The notes: a model not told the origin generated them from the sequence alone. A stretch of 64,000 bases of DNA from an uncultured delta proteobacterium (GCA_963845145.1 CAWJQU010000015.1:1-64000); one strand, 5' to 3'. Positions 10,217-20,101 are shown, counted from the stretch's first letter. Translations and numbers: made by a program.

Positions 10217-10261
10217 CTCCGGAGCTGAAGATCGCTGGTTCGAATCCAGCCGGGCGTACCA
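10217..10261 (+). tRNA. 3' half of tRNA-Arg(CCG) (att-site duplication, not an intact tRNA)
   Basis: CTCCGGA anticodon loop, GCTGG-TTCGAAT-CCAGC T arm, CGGGCGT-A-CCA end; upstream bases give no 5' acceptor strand, D arm or pairing anticodon stem. Confidence 0.85.
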
Positions 10262-10283
10262 ATAAAAAAACGCTCTCCACCCT

Positions 10284-10856
10284 TTGTCGATGAATACACC
10301 ATCAAAAAAAGAATGCAATCGTCTGTTTAGTGATACCGGTATGCTTGCGCACATTATTGACCATTCCCGGCAGGTGTGCCGCGTCGCCTCTTTTTTGACC
10401 GTTGAACTCCAAAAAGCGAATGTATCATTAAATAGTGAACTTATTGCCGCCGCGGCGTTGTTGCACGATATCACCAAAACCCGCAGTTTTGATACAGGCG
10501 AAGACCATACCCGAACCGGCGAGGAACTGTTGGCCCGGCTGGGGTACAATGAGGTGGGAAAAATTGTGGGGCAACATGTTGCCCTGGACGCCTATTTCCT
10601 AACGGACACGCCAGATGAAGCCGAAATCGTCAATTATTCCGACAAGCGCGTCCTTCATGACCAGATCGTCCCCATGGACGAACGCATGCAATACATTCTT
10701 GAAAAGTATTGCCAAACGCCGGATTACCGCCGTCGCTTGCAAGAGCTTTGGCAAGTCTCCCGTAAAATGGAAAAACGAATTTTTAACCGCCTGCCCTTTT
10801 CACCTGACGAACTCGCGCAAGAGATGGAAGCGTCTTTAGGTGGGGGTGAATGTTGA
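10284..10856 (+). CDS. HD-domain metal-dependent phosphohydrolase
   Basis: HIIDHS...AALLHDITK...H...H...YSDK. Confidence 0.88.
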   Translation: MSMNTPSKKECNRLFSDTGMLAHIIDHSRQVCRVASFLTVELQKANVSLNSELIAAAALLHDITKTRSFDTGEDHTRTGEELLARLGYNEVGKIVGQHVALDAYFLTDTPDEAEIVNYSDKRVLHDQIVPMDERMQYILEKYCQTPDYRRRLQELWQVSRKMEKRIFNRLPFSPDELAQEMEASLGGGEC

Positions 10857-10908
10857 TAGAAAAGGTGACCTTTCAGAACCTACCTATCCCTACTATAAAC
10901 TATCCCTT

Positions 10909-11949
10909 TTAAAACCTATTAATGATCGTAATCCCCGTCTCGGTAAATTGATCCATCTGTTCGAGCATCCTGACGCCCTCTTCCAGCGACACGGTACGAC
11001 CGATTAGCCCCGCCAGATTCAATTTTTTCTGGGTAATCAGATCAAAAATCGCACCGTAGCGGTAGGCTTGGATACCATGGCTGCCGTAGATTTCCAATTC
11101 ATTGGCGACCACGATATTCATGGGCAGCTTGGTATCGCAATGATCCCCCACCAGCAGGCCCACCTGAATATGCTTGCCGCGTTTTCGCAAACTTGAGACG
11201 GACTGATGGCATACGACCGGATTACCCAGGGCGTCAATGGACACATGGGCGCCACCGCCGGTCAAATCTTTGATCGCCTCGACAACGTTGGGCGTAGCGC
11301 TGGTATTAAGCGTTTTCCCGGCGCCCATCTTGTCCGCCAATTCGAGTTTTTCTTCGGCAATATCAATCCCCACGACATTGGCACCCGCTGCGGCCGCAAT
11401 CATAATCGCCGACAATCCGACCCCGCCACACCCAAAAACAGCCACCCAATCACCGGCGGACACCCGCCCCTGGTCGATCACCGCACGAAAAGAGGTGACA
11501 AATCGACATCCCAGACTCGCCGCTGAGATGAAATCAAGTGCCGGCGGTAACCCCACCAGGTTCATATCCGCCTGCTCAATGGCCACAAACTCCGCAAAAG
11601 AGCCCCAATGGGTAAACCCCGGCTGGGTCTGATGGTCGCAAACCTGTTGGTTTCCCGACTGACATTGGGGGCAAGATCCGCAACCGCAAACAAACGGAAC
11701 CGTTACCCGATCGCCGGGTTGCCAGTTTTTAACGTCACGCCCCACCGCCTCGACAATTCCGGCCAGTTCATGCCCTGGTACGTGCGGTGGGTTCACATCA
11801 GGGTCATGCCCCATCCAACCATGCCAGTCACTGCGGCAGATACCAGTCGCCGCTACTCGAATGACCACCCCCGCCGGTGACGGATCCGGTTCGGGGACAT
11901 CAACAATTTCTATGGCCTTGCCAAACGTTTCAAATAATGCGGCTTTCAT
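10909..11949 (-). CDS. zinc-dependent alcohol dehydrogenase (MDR family)
   Basis: GICRSD, PGHE, CGSCPQC, GCGGVG; ATG at 11949 preceded by GGAG. Confidence 0.93.
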   Translation of the reverse strand: MKAALFETFGKAIEIVDVPEPDPSPAGVVIRVAATGICRSDWHGWMGHDPDVNPPHVPGHELAGIVEAVGRDVKNWQPGDRVTVPFVCGCGSCPQCQSGNQQVCDHQTQPGFTHWGSFAEFVAIEQADMNLVGLPPALDFISAASLGCRFVTSFRAVIDQGRVSAGDWVAVFGCGGVGLSAIMIAAAAGANVVGIDIAEEKLELADKMGAGKTLNTSATPNVVEAIKDLTGGGAHVSIDALGNPVVCHQSVSSLRKRGKHIQVGLLVGDHCDTKLPMNIVVANELEIYGSHGIQAYRYGAIFDLITQKKLNLAGLIGRTVSLEEGVRMLEQMDQFTETGITIINRF

Positions 11950-12124
11950 AATAAACTCCACAATGGGTTAATCCGAAAAAAGAGACCAAGCTCCGAGGCG
12001 TTAAAAAAATTCTGTATGATAGCCTTTCACGCGACCCCTTGACCCCTCTTTTTCGACATTGCTCAAATGGCGCTATCTAAATTTTACACCCGGATTCAGT
12101 AAAATCCGAACAATACCCCCTTGT

Positions 12125-12826
12125 TCAGGGCAATTTAGTAAAAAACCGTTCCCACCGGGGCCGAGACTTATTGTTAATATCCAATGACACAACAACCGCC
12201 GTGGCCCGGCCGACAATGCGACTTCGTTCGACAAACCCGAAGTATCGCGAATCGGCGCTGTTATTTCGATTGTCCCCCATCATAAAATAGTTGCCTTCAG
12301 GAACCGTCACCGGCCTGAATGATCCTACAAAGGACCGGGAAGAATCAATCCTCACCGGATGTTTCCGTCCGGCCAGGTTTTCAATATAGAGGTTTTCGAT
12401 ATAGAGGTTCCGTCCGGTCATGATCTCTTTGGATTTTTTTTCAAATAGCTCATAAGTCTGGCGCTTTCCGTTTACAAACAGGATATTATCCAGCAATGCA
12501 ATCGTATCCCCGGGCAGGCCGATCACCCGCTTGACCAGCCGTTTGTTATCTTCCGGCGAATAAAAAACAACGATGTCACCCCGCTCAGGGTCACCCCATT
12601 GGGCAATATGCCAGGTCGTATAGGGCACCTTGAGGTCATAGGCCAGTTTGTTTATAAAAACCCGATCCCCTTCTACGATGGTCGGTTTCATTGACCCGGT
12701 GGGTACGATATTCCAATCGGCAATAGCGGACTTAAAAGAGGAGGCGATCATAATGGCCACCAAGATGGAGCAGCCCCACCCTTTCCAAAACAGTGTCAGA
12801 TTCTTCTTCCAACTATTTTTCATCAT
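12125..12826 (-). CDS. lepB: signal peptidase I
   Basis: PTGSMKPT (catalytic Ser), VKRVIGLPGD (Lys), MGDNRNNSADSRYFG. Confidence 0.93.
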   Translation of the reverse strand: MMKNSWKKNLTLFWKGWGCSILVAIMIASSFKSAIADWNIVPTGSMKPTIVEGDRVFINKLAYDLKVPYTTWHIAQWGDPERGDIVVFYSPEDNKRLVKRVIGLPGDTIALLDNILFVNGKRQTYELFEKKSKEIMTGRNLYIENLYIENLAGRKHPVRIDSSRSFVGSFRPVTVPEGNYFMMGDNRNNSADSRYFGFVERSRIVGRATAVVVSLDINNKSRPRWERFFTKLP

Positions 12827-12930
12827 CCACTCCTATATTTTTGTATAACCACGGTCACCAATCACCTGATATGTCTGATACTATTTGCTGGTGTTATGCC
12901 TGATATTGGGGGACATACCTTTTAGTTGCT

Positions 12931-14133
12931 TCAGTAAATGTCATATTTAACCAACCGGCCGTCAAGTCCACCGGCCCGGATCGGTTTTTTCCACGATGTC
13001 TTTAAGCCCATGTTTTTAATATGTTTCCGATCTCCGAAATAAATAAATGCGGTGGAACCTTTGCACTTTTGCTTCAGAAAATCGCCGAGATCTTTATAAA
13101 AGCTTTCGAGGCCTTCGTCCACCCCCATGCGAATACCATAGGGTGGATTGGTCACAATGACGTGCTTTTCAAGGGCAGGCAAGTTTCTGAAATCTGTTTT
13201 TTTAACCTGCACATTTTTTCCATGATGCAACCCCATCAGATTAACCCGTGCCGCGCTAACGGCCACTTTGTCAATATCGGAGCCTGCAATTAACCCTTCC
13301 GGTAGTTCGCGTATCCGTCCATCCACCGCTTGTTTCACCTGCTTCCAAACAGTACCGTTAAAGTCGGGCAAAGATTCAAATCCAAATCGATCTCTGAAAA
13401 CGCCGGCCGGGATTCGACAATACCGCATCAACGCCTCACACAGAAGGGTTCCTGAGCCACACATGGGATCATACAAAGGTACCAACCCATCCCATCCACT
13501 AAATCGAATAATGGCCGCTGCAACGGTTTCCTGCATCGGTGCAGCCACGGTCTCTTCCCGGTACCCCCTGCGGTGAAGCGCGCCGCCGGATGTGTCGAGG
13601 CTGATGGTGGCCTTATCGTGTCGAATATGAAGGTTCAACAGAACATCCGGATTCCTTATGGACACATCCGGTCGTTGGCCGGTTTTATCTCGGAAATAGT
13701 CAGCAACAGCATCCTTTAGGCGTAGTGCCGCAAACTTTGAATGCGAAATCGCGCTATCGGATACGATAGCCGATATGGCAAAAGTATTCTTTTTTGAAAA
13801 AAAGTCTTCCCAATGAATCTGCTTGGCCTTCCGATAGAGCGTATCGGTATCGCGGCAGGCAAACGACGCCAGCGGTGCCAGGCACCGTGAAAGAAGCCGC
13901 GACAAATAATTAATACGATACAGGGTGGGTGGGTCCGCTTTGAAATGAATGCCACTGTATTCCGGCCGGACATCTTCGGCACCCAGTTCGACGAGTTCCG
14001 CCACACCGGCTTCCTTTAATCCGCCGGCGATCATGGCATAATAACGGTCGCCCTTTTGATACAGATAGGGAGCATCACCTGTCCTTTTATTTCGCCGGAC
14101 ATTTTCCCCGCTGTCAGATGTCATTTTCATCAA
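12931..14133 (-). CDS. THUMP-domain RNA methyltransferase (RlmL/YpsC-like)
   Basis: LHRRGYR, ETVAAAI, DPMCGSGT, TNPPYG. Confidence 0.92.
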   Translation of the reverse strand: MMKMTSDSGENVRRNKRTGDAPYLYQKGDRYYAMIAGGLKEAGVAELVELGAEDVRPEYSGIHFKADPPTLYRINYLSRLLSRCLAPLASFACRDTDTLYRKAKQIHWEDFFSKKNTFAISAIVSDSAISHSKFAALRLKDAVADYFRDKTGQRPDVSIRNPDVLLNLHIRHDKATISLDTSGGALHRRGYREETVAAPMQETVAAAIIRFSGWDGLVPLYDPMCGSGTLLCEALMRYCRIPAGVFRDRFGFESLPDFNGTVWKQVKQAVDGRIRELPEGLIAGSDIDKVAVSAARVNLMGLHHGKNVQVKKTDFRNLPALEKHVIVTNPPYGIRMGVDEGLESFYKDLGDFLKQKCKGSTAFIYFGDRKHIKNMGLKTSWKKPIRAGGLDGRLVKYDIY

Positions 14134-14696
14134 TTTTCCGTTTGGAGGGTAGGATTCGCTAGAAATACATCTAATCCCATCACTTCCGCATAGGCCGCCC
14201 CCAATGCTGCCATATACGCGCCATGGACGTTTTCGGCCGGAATGGTTTTGCCTTCAAACTCTAAATCTTTGGTGGCGCAGGCATCATGAACAACCACGCA
14301 GGCATACCCCAGATCGGCGGCGGCCCGGGTCGTCGCATCAATACACATATGACTCATGGCCCCGCAAATCACCAGCTTGTCAATTTCGGCATTTTTCAAC
14401 GCCGTTTGAAGCGTTGTCTCCCGAAAACTATTGGGGAATTTCTTCTTTATGATTGTTTCCCCTGACAAGGGCTTGATACTCGCATGCAGTTCGGCCCCCT
14501 TTGTCCCCGGCAGGAAAAAGGTAGCCCCCTCATGTTCCGAAATATGTTGGATATGAAATGTCGACCATTGGTTTTTGCGGAATAGGGAAAGCAGCGCTTT
14601 GGCATTATCGCTGGCCGCATTGATCCCCACCAGTTCCATTTTACCACCTGGAAAGTAGTCGTTTTGAATATCGACGAGGATTAGTCCTGTTTTCAT
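14130..14696 (-). CDS. isochorismatase-family cysteine hydrolase
   Basis: LVDIQNDYFPGG, K..PNSF, GAMSHMCIDATTR. Confidence 0.92.
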   Translation of the reverse strand: MKTGLILVDIQNDYFPGGKMELVGINAASDNAKALLSLFRKNQWSTFHIQHISEHEGATFFLPGTKGAELHASIKPLSGETIIKKKFPNSFRETTLQTALKNAEIDKLVICGAMSHMCIDATTRAAADLGYACVVVHDACATKDLEFEGKTIPAENVHGAYMAALGAAYAEVMGLDVFLANPTLQTEN

Positions 14697-14767
14697 GTTG
14701 GTTCCTTTCATACTTCATTTGGGTAGACATTATCGGAAAAACGCTCGCAACGCTATCGCTGATCATT

Positions 14768-15172
14768 TTACGGTTGGATTTTGAGGATTTCCCAAAACCC
14801 TCTGGGTGATACGATTCGCATGGAACGAACGTGCCCCAATTCAAGCAACTCCTTGTCGCCCGTTACAAACAATTCTGCATTGCCGTTTAAAGCGGTTGAC
14901 AGGATAAGGATATCGTCTTTGTCGTTTATATCGATATTTTCAGACTGGGTGTTCTCCGAAAGTATGGCGTCTTGCGTTAATATCTCCACAAAATCGGATA
15001 CTATTTCTTGAGGAATCCCGATCTTAATCCGGAGGATACGCTTTAACTCTGAGATTAATGGGTTGGAGACGACAAGTTGTTGGGAAACCAGGATGTTCCT
15101 GAGTAGATCGGCACAAAGCCCACGGGTTGCGACCGCACTGACCAGCACATTCGTATCAAGAAATACCCTCAT
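14768..15172 (-). CDS. PIN-domain toxin of a type II TA pair
   Basis: VFLDTNVLVSA, DKDDILIL, VTGDKELL. Confidence 0.9.
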   Translation of the reverse strand: MRVFLDTNVLVSAVATRGLCADLLRNILVSQQLVVSNPLISELKRILRIKIGIPQEIVSDFVEILTQDAILSENTQSENIDINDKDDILILSTALNGNAELFVTGDKELLELGHVRSMRIVSPRGFWEILKIQP

Positions 15173-15390
15173 GATATTCGGGAAAAAACATCCTCATCCG
15201 TTAAATATCCACGGGCTTCGGCAAACGGCATAACCCTTTTTCTGATCTCCTCAAACTGTTCCAGATGAAGCTGGCGTCTGAGAGCCTCACGGGCAATGAC
15301 GCTCCTGTTCTTCCCTGATCGCCGACTGGCATTGGTCAGCAAAGCATCCAGGTCTTCATCTAATCTAATGGATAGGGTTGATGTTTTCAT
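15169..15390 (-). CDS. CopG/RHH antitoxin
   Basis: TLSIRLDEDL...RSVIAREALRR; ATGA overlap with the PIN gene; small palindrome TTACATTGTAA just upstream. Confidence 0.85.
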   Translation of the reverse strand: MKTSTLSIRLDEDLDALLTNASRRSGKNRSVIAREALRRQLHLEQFEEIRKRVMPFAEARGYLTDEDVFSRIS

Positions 15391-15528
15391 GTGTTACATT
15401 GTAATACGTTTTTGCAATGTCGTCAAGAATTTTTACGTTTACCAGCTACTATGGCGCCCTGGGGGAGGTTGTCTTATTACGTTCCTTGGAAATCAGACCA
15501 AAAAAACGGCTTTCAAGGCCCAGGCAGT

Positions 15529-16086
15529 TTATCCAAATGTTTTGATTATTTGCATGTACTCTGAGTATCCGGTTTCATCAAAGTTCACCGATCTTCTATT
15601 CATGAATCCATGAAGATACCCTGTCCGAAAACACCTGACATTTGCGTTCTGGGTAACCCGGTCGATTACGCCTGAAACGTCAAAATGAGCTTCGCTTTCA
15701 GGAAAATACAAATCTGTCTCTATCAATGGGTTGATATTTAGAAGGTTACGTATTTGGGACCCGTAAAAGCAAATGGCCTTGGTTTTAGGGTGAAAAATGT
15801 CATCTTGTAAAATGGCCCAAATCGCCGAGGCACCAACACTAAATCCCAGCAGATGTGATTCTGCCTGGTTTTGCGCGGCAGTTCTAAGGATGGTTTCAAT
15901 ATAGCCTATAAGCCCGATGGTTTTTTTAAAATATGAGTACGCCTCTTTTTCGCTATTAAAATCCAATTCTTTTCCATCGTAAGGATCCAATAGAAAAGTC
16001 TTCGAATATTTCGTTGAAAATTCTGAAACAAGCGATTCTAATTCTGGTGTTTTTCCAAAAATATCTGAAGCGACTATTAATTGCAT
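15529..16086 (-). CDS. dienelactone hydrolase-like protein
   Basis: SDIFG, LLGFSVGA nucleophile elbow, FYGSQIR, HGFMN. Confidence 0.8.
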   Translation of the reverse strand: MQLIVASDIFGKTPELESLVSEFSTKYSKTFLLDPYDGKELDFNSEKEAYSYFKKTIGLIGYIETILRTAAQNQAESHLLGFSVGASAIWAILQDDIFHPKTKAICFYGSQIRNLLNINPLIETDLYFPESEAHFDVSGVIDRVTQNANVRCFRTGYLHGFMNRRSVNFDETGYSEYMQIIKTFG

Positions 16087-16101
16087 CGTTTTTTCTTGTT
16101 T

Positions 16102-16950
16102 GTTATGAATAATTTACCAAAATAGCAATCCCTGCGACAACGATACATGCTGCTGATATTCGTTTTTTCGCATAGCCCTCTTTAAGCGCAAAAGCCCCAA
16201 TGATGGCCGCGAAAATAATACTTGTTTCTCGCAAAGCAGCTATGGGCGCCAAAGGGTAAGATGTCATCGCCCACAATGCAGCGGCAAAACCGGAAATCGA
16301 TAAAATCCCGACGAACAATCCCTGCATCCATTGTGTGCGAATATAGGTAAGAATTTTTCTTTTACGTTTTAAAAATGTAAAAATTACAACAGCCAAGCCG
16401 CATACCGCTTCAAGCCAACCGGCATAAACAACAAATGAGTTCGCAATCCTGACCCCAATACCACTGACAATGGTATAGCCTGCGATACAAAATGCAGTAC
16501 CCAGAGCATAACTCACGGGGATAATGGCAAGTGTGCCCTCTTTATAGGAAAGCGATAGAATACCAAGAGAAATTATTATGGTGGCAACCACTTGCATTGG
16601 AGAAAGATATTCTCCGACAAATATTGTCCCCAAAATTAAAACGATTAATGGTGCACTGCCTCTGGAGATGGGATACACCTGAGAAAAATCACCCACGCGA
16701 TAGGTGTTTAAAAGAAACCAAAAGTAAAGAAAATGGATGAAAGTGGCGCCAACTAAATATGGAACGGCTTCTAAAGCCAGCGGGGGTAAAAATAAAATCA
16801 CAAACACACCGAATATCAGTCCGACAACCCGTATCGCGAATAAGGTTAAAAGTCTATCGCCACTATCTTTTATGATAACGTTCCAAATGGCATGAAATAG
16901 TGCGGCGATGAGTACAACAAAATATTCCACAAAACACCTTTATTCATAAC
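16102..16950 (-). mobile_element. integron-type gene cassette carrying the EamA gene
   Basis: Minus strand begins GTTATGAATAA (16950-16940) and ends TTATTCATAAC (16112-16102), an exact 11-bp complement including the stop codon. Confidence 0.75.
16103..16930 (-). CDS. EamA/DMT family transporter
   Basis: ~10 TM segments; AALFHAIWN, GDFSQVYPISRG, ALRETSI. Confidence 0.92.
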   Translation of the reverse strand: MEYFVVLIAALFHAIWNVIIKDSGDRLLTLFAIRVVGLIFGVFVILFLPPLALEAVPYLVGATFIHFLYFWFLLNTYRVGDFSQVYPISRGSAPLIVLILGTIFVGEYLSPMQVVATIIISLGILSLSYKEGTLAIIPVSYALGTAFCIAGYTIVSGIGVRIANSFVVYAGWLEAVCGLAVVIFTFLKRKRKILTYIRTQWMQGLFVGILSISGFAAALWAMTSYPLAPIAALRETSIIFAAIIGAFALKEGYAKKRISAACIVVAGIAILVNYS

Positions 16951-16995
16951 CCTGCCAATCAAGCGTAAGGTTTGATGTCGGCGACATTTGCGATG

Positions 16996-17724
16996 TTAGC
17001 GGGCCTTAACTGCCCCAAAAGCGGCATAGCAAGCATTTTTATGCAGGATATCGGTATGCGCGTACCCTACCTTGCGAAGCAGGTCCAATTGATAAGTAAC
17101 CGGTCGCGGTGAATCTTCCTTGTCGATGGTTTCAAGTACTTTTTTTCGGTATTCGGCACCCCCTATGGAACAGAGGTACGCTCCATATCGCTCACCCATC
17201 AATGATTCGACATGCTCCGATTCATGGGAAACCAAATCCGTAATCCAGACACTTCCGCCCGGAGCGGTTAACTGGTAAAGCTTCTTGAACGCCATTTCCC
17301 AATCCTGATCATCTCGCAAATGATGCAAAACCGCAGCCGCGATAATGACATCATATCCTTGACCAGGTGGATCGATCTTACGAAAATCTTCTTGAAAAGT
17401 TTTCACTTTTCCCGAATTGACAGCCGAAATACGCTTTTTCGCTTTTTCCAGCATGGGAAAACTCAGATCGACAAGATCGCAATCAAATGGTGACGTTTGT
17501 GTCAGGAGCTTAAGGGTATTGTTTCCGGCCCCACAACCAATATCAAAAAAGCGACACGGCTTTTTGGTTGATTTTACAGCAGCTAACGTAATCAAATCCA
17601 TCGCCAAGGGGGCATCGATAGTCGCAGACTGCCCAGTTTCAAGGTTTGAAAAGCGTTCGACATCCTTATCGAATCGGGTTTCGATCTCATTTAGTGATGA
17701 TTTTTCTTCAAGTGGCGTTGGCAT
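16996..17724 (-). CDS. class I SAM-dependent methyltransferase
   Basis: DIGCGAGN motif I, VLHHLR, LTAPGG. Confidence 0.9.
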   Translation of the reverse strand: MPTPLEEKSSLNEIETRFDKDVERFSNLETGQSATIDAPLAMDLITLAAVKSTKKPCRFFDIGCGAGNNTLKLLTQTSPFDCDLVDLSFPMLEKAKKRISAVNSGKVKTFQEDFRKIDPPGQGYDVIIAAAVLHHLRDDQDWEMAFKKLYQLTAPGGSVWITDLVSHESEHVESLMGERYGAYLCSIGGAEYRKKVLETIDKEDSPRPVTYQLDLLRKVGYAHTDILHKNACYAAFGAVKAR

Positions 17725-17755
17725 AATGATATCCGGTTAATGATCCAAAGGCTAT

Positions 17756-17899
17756 TACAAGGTATCTCAAAAAAAATCTAAGAGCCACTGGCAGCGTTGC
17801 AAAACGGTTCAAAATACTCACATACTATGTGTATGCTCCGCTTTTTCACCGTTTCGCGCCTTGCCAAGAACACTAACATTTATTTTGAGATACCTTGTA
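17756..17899. repeat. 144-bp MITE-like / extragenic element with 17-bp terminal inverted repeats
   Basis: TACAAGGTATCTCAAAA ... TTTTGAGATACCTTGTA with internal palindromes (AAACGGT...ACCGTTT; CATAC...GTATG). Confidence 0.7.
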
Positions 17900-17941
17900 G
17901 GCACCTGGTATCATGTTTTGAGAATTAATGTGATCCAAGCA

Positions 17942-18334
17942 CTACCCAATGGTCGCCTCGGTTATTCTTTTTCGGTTTATTAAATCTTTGATAATAAATG
18001 GTGTGAAAAGAATACAGTATAGAACGACACCCGCAACCGCCATACTGATAATATACCATGGCCACGGTCCCATAAAGTCAATAAAGGTACTTCCCTTGGG
18101 TTTATAACGAATAAAAAGATAATTGGTATCCAGTAGTATATTAATCAGCGAAATTAGCGCCATATACAAAATACTTAAAACGCTCGCCTTGAACAGTGAT
18201 CTCCAGGTCGGCCAATATCCAAATATAAAAACCATATATAGCACGCCGATAACAATTAACGCGTGGCTGGAATAAAATATAATATTTAAAAGATGGGGAA
18301 AGTAAAAAATATCACCAGGCGAAAGGAGCGCCAT
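17942..18334 (-). pseudogene. 5'-truncated YwaF/TMEM164-like membrane protein
   Basis: ALLSP...FP, H, TNYLFI..KP...DFMGPWPWY match the C-terminal half of the family; N-terminal half absent. Confidence 0.65.
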
Positions 18335-18369
18335 AAATGCGCCTCCGTGTGATTTTTTGGTTATGTGCC

Positions 18370-18541
18370 CTACTTTGCAATCTCATTCAACCTGGCATAT
18401 ACTTTTTTCATCATCAGTTCCTTGACTATCCCGCCGATTTTGGTTGTCACCACCGGCATCCCCCTGGGTAAAGCCGCCGGTTTCCACCAAAGATTGAACG
18501 ATGGCTTTTTCAAAGGTGTTTTCGGACGTTATCTGACTCAT
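18370..18541 (-). pseudogene. hsdR: type I restriction subunit HsdR remnant
   Basis: ATG overlapping the rhuM stop reads MSQITSENTFEKAIVQSLVETGGFTQGDA; another frame gives IVKELMMKKVYARLNEIAK*. Confidence 0.6.
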
Positions 18542-19551
18542 TGTTTGTCCTTTTTAACGGAAATAGTTTTAATCGCCTTTTCAAAGTCTCCTTCTAACTG
18601 ATCAGCCTGTTTAATCCGGTTGAGATTATATTTGTCGTATTCCTGCTCGGCAATTTGTTTTGCCAGGTTGTGAGAAACATTACCGGCATGGGTGAGAATA
18701 TCACGATCATTTAACCCCAAAAAACCATCCAGTTTTTTTATCCAGTTCTCCATGGTCATGGGTATACGGCGCATGGCCTGACCTTCGGCAAATACAAGGT
18801 ATTGTTCCACCAGATTATTCAGGGCGGATAGTTCTTTTTCATTCAGATAATTTTTGGCAATCGTCACATCCTGCTTGCGGACTTTTTCACCCCTGAAATT
18901 GGTCAAGCCCATATTGGGTATCTCACCGTCAGCTCTCTCTTTGATAATTTCAGCCGCAGTCAGTCCGGTAATGGCCCAATGGAGTTTGTTTTGTACTGTC
19001 TTGAAAAATGCGATGCTGGTTTCAAGTGTGGGGTCATAATCCACACTGGTGGCGTAAATATCAGTAATTTTTTGATAAAAACGCTTTTCGGAGGTACGGA
19101 TATCCTGAATGCGTTTAAGAAGTTCATCAAAGTAGTCAAAGGGCAAATCCGGGTTTTTCAGACGCTCATCATCCAGTATAAAGCCTTTGACGATGTATTC
19201 ACGGATGTGATGGGTTGCCCACTGTCGGAATCGGGTGGCAACGTGGGATTGCACACGGTAGCCCACGGAAATAATGGCATCAAGGTTATAGAATTTTTGT
19301 TTGCGCGTAACTTCCCTCGTTCCTTCTTTTTGAACTTGTAAGAAATCCTTACAAGTTGCCGGCTTGTCCAACTCCCCTTCCTGATAGATATTATTAAGAT
19401 GTTGGGTAATGTTCTGCGGTGTAACCTGAAATAATTCGGCCATCCGTTTTTGACTAAGCCAGACCGTTTCGTTTTCCAGCCGTACCTCTATTTTGGTTCG
19501 GCCACCTTTGGTTTGATAGATAATGATTTGGGAGGCGTTTTTGTCGGTCAT
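18538..19551 (-). CDS. RhuM-family protein
   Basis: ETVWLSQKRMAELF, YNLDAIISVGYRV, ATRFRQWAT, IRTSEKRFYQKITDIYATS, AKNYL. Confidence 0.92.
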   Translation of the reverse strand: MTDKNASQIIIYQTKGGRTKIEVRLENETVWLSQKRMAELFQVTPQNITQHLNNIYQEGELDKPATCKDFLQVQKEGTREVTRKQKFYNLDAIISVGYRVQSHVATRFRQWATHHIREYIVKGFILDDERLKNPDLPFDYFDELLKRIQDIRTSEKRFYQKITDIYATSVDYDPTLETSIAFFKTVQNKLHWAITGLTAAEIIKERADGEIPNMGLTNFRGEKVRKQDVTIAKNYLNEKELSALNNLVEQYLVFAEGQAMRRIPMTMENWIKKLDGFLGLNDRDILTHAGNVSHNLAKQIAEQEYDKYNLNRIKQADQLEGDFEKAIKTISVKKDKQ

Positions 19552-19659
19552 GGTGCTGGTTCCTCAACCTCTTGCTGTTTTATAAACCGAGTGTAGGCGA
19601 CATTTTTTACAACGCTTTTGATTCTATGCCGGTCTCTTTCGAACATATTTTCATCAACC

Positions 19660-19767
19660 TTACCGTTCGGGTAGAATAACCTTGCCATAGTCAGATTGCT
19701 TATAATCCCCCCGATGAAGGTCTTCCCCCCCCAGATCAGGTTCGATTATTTTTTTAAAAGTTGTCAT
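19660..19767 (-). pseudogene. hsdM: type I methyltransferase HsdM N-terminal remnant
   Basis: GGAG RBS then MTTFKK...DLHRGDYKQSDYGKVILPER*; NLIW lies in an adjacent frame. Confidence 0.7.
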
Positions 19768-20101
19768 TTATTCTCCATTGATGGTTCTGATTTGGCACAT
19801 AATCACCGCGGATTATCCACAAGTGGGAGGGCAAGCATGCTTGTCCACACGCGCTGTCGGTAGATTCCGCTGTTTGTGAGGCACGGAGTGTCGGCCGGCC
19901 TGTGGAAACATGCTATGGCTTTTACGGAAAACGGCAAAATTTTTCCGATTATGTTCAGCGAGGTTATGTTTTGGTCATTTTTCAAATCTATTCCCGATTA
20001 GAAAATACCCCTTAAAATGAACAAAAAAAACAATATAGATAGTATTTTGAATTCACTCCCAAATATGAGGAGAGAAATACTTGAACCAACAAGGCCAATT
20101 A

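Larger units (their letters stand above)
5454..10261 (-). mobile_element. integrative, phage-satellite-like module (int, putative activator, AlpA, rep, DnaB) at a tRNA-Arg att site; left boundary not seen
   Basis: Co-oriented integrase, HTH, phage initiator and DnaB next to a 3'-half tRNA; no structural phage genes in the window. Confidence 0.8.

Noticed and set aside
10185..10261. Intact tRNA-Arg gene
   Set aside because: No GCGCCCG-like 5' acceptor strand or D arm, and ATGGT cannot pair with GCTGA to form the anticodon stem; only the 3' half is present.
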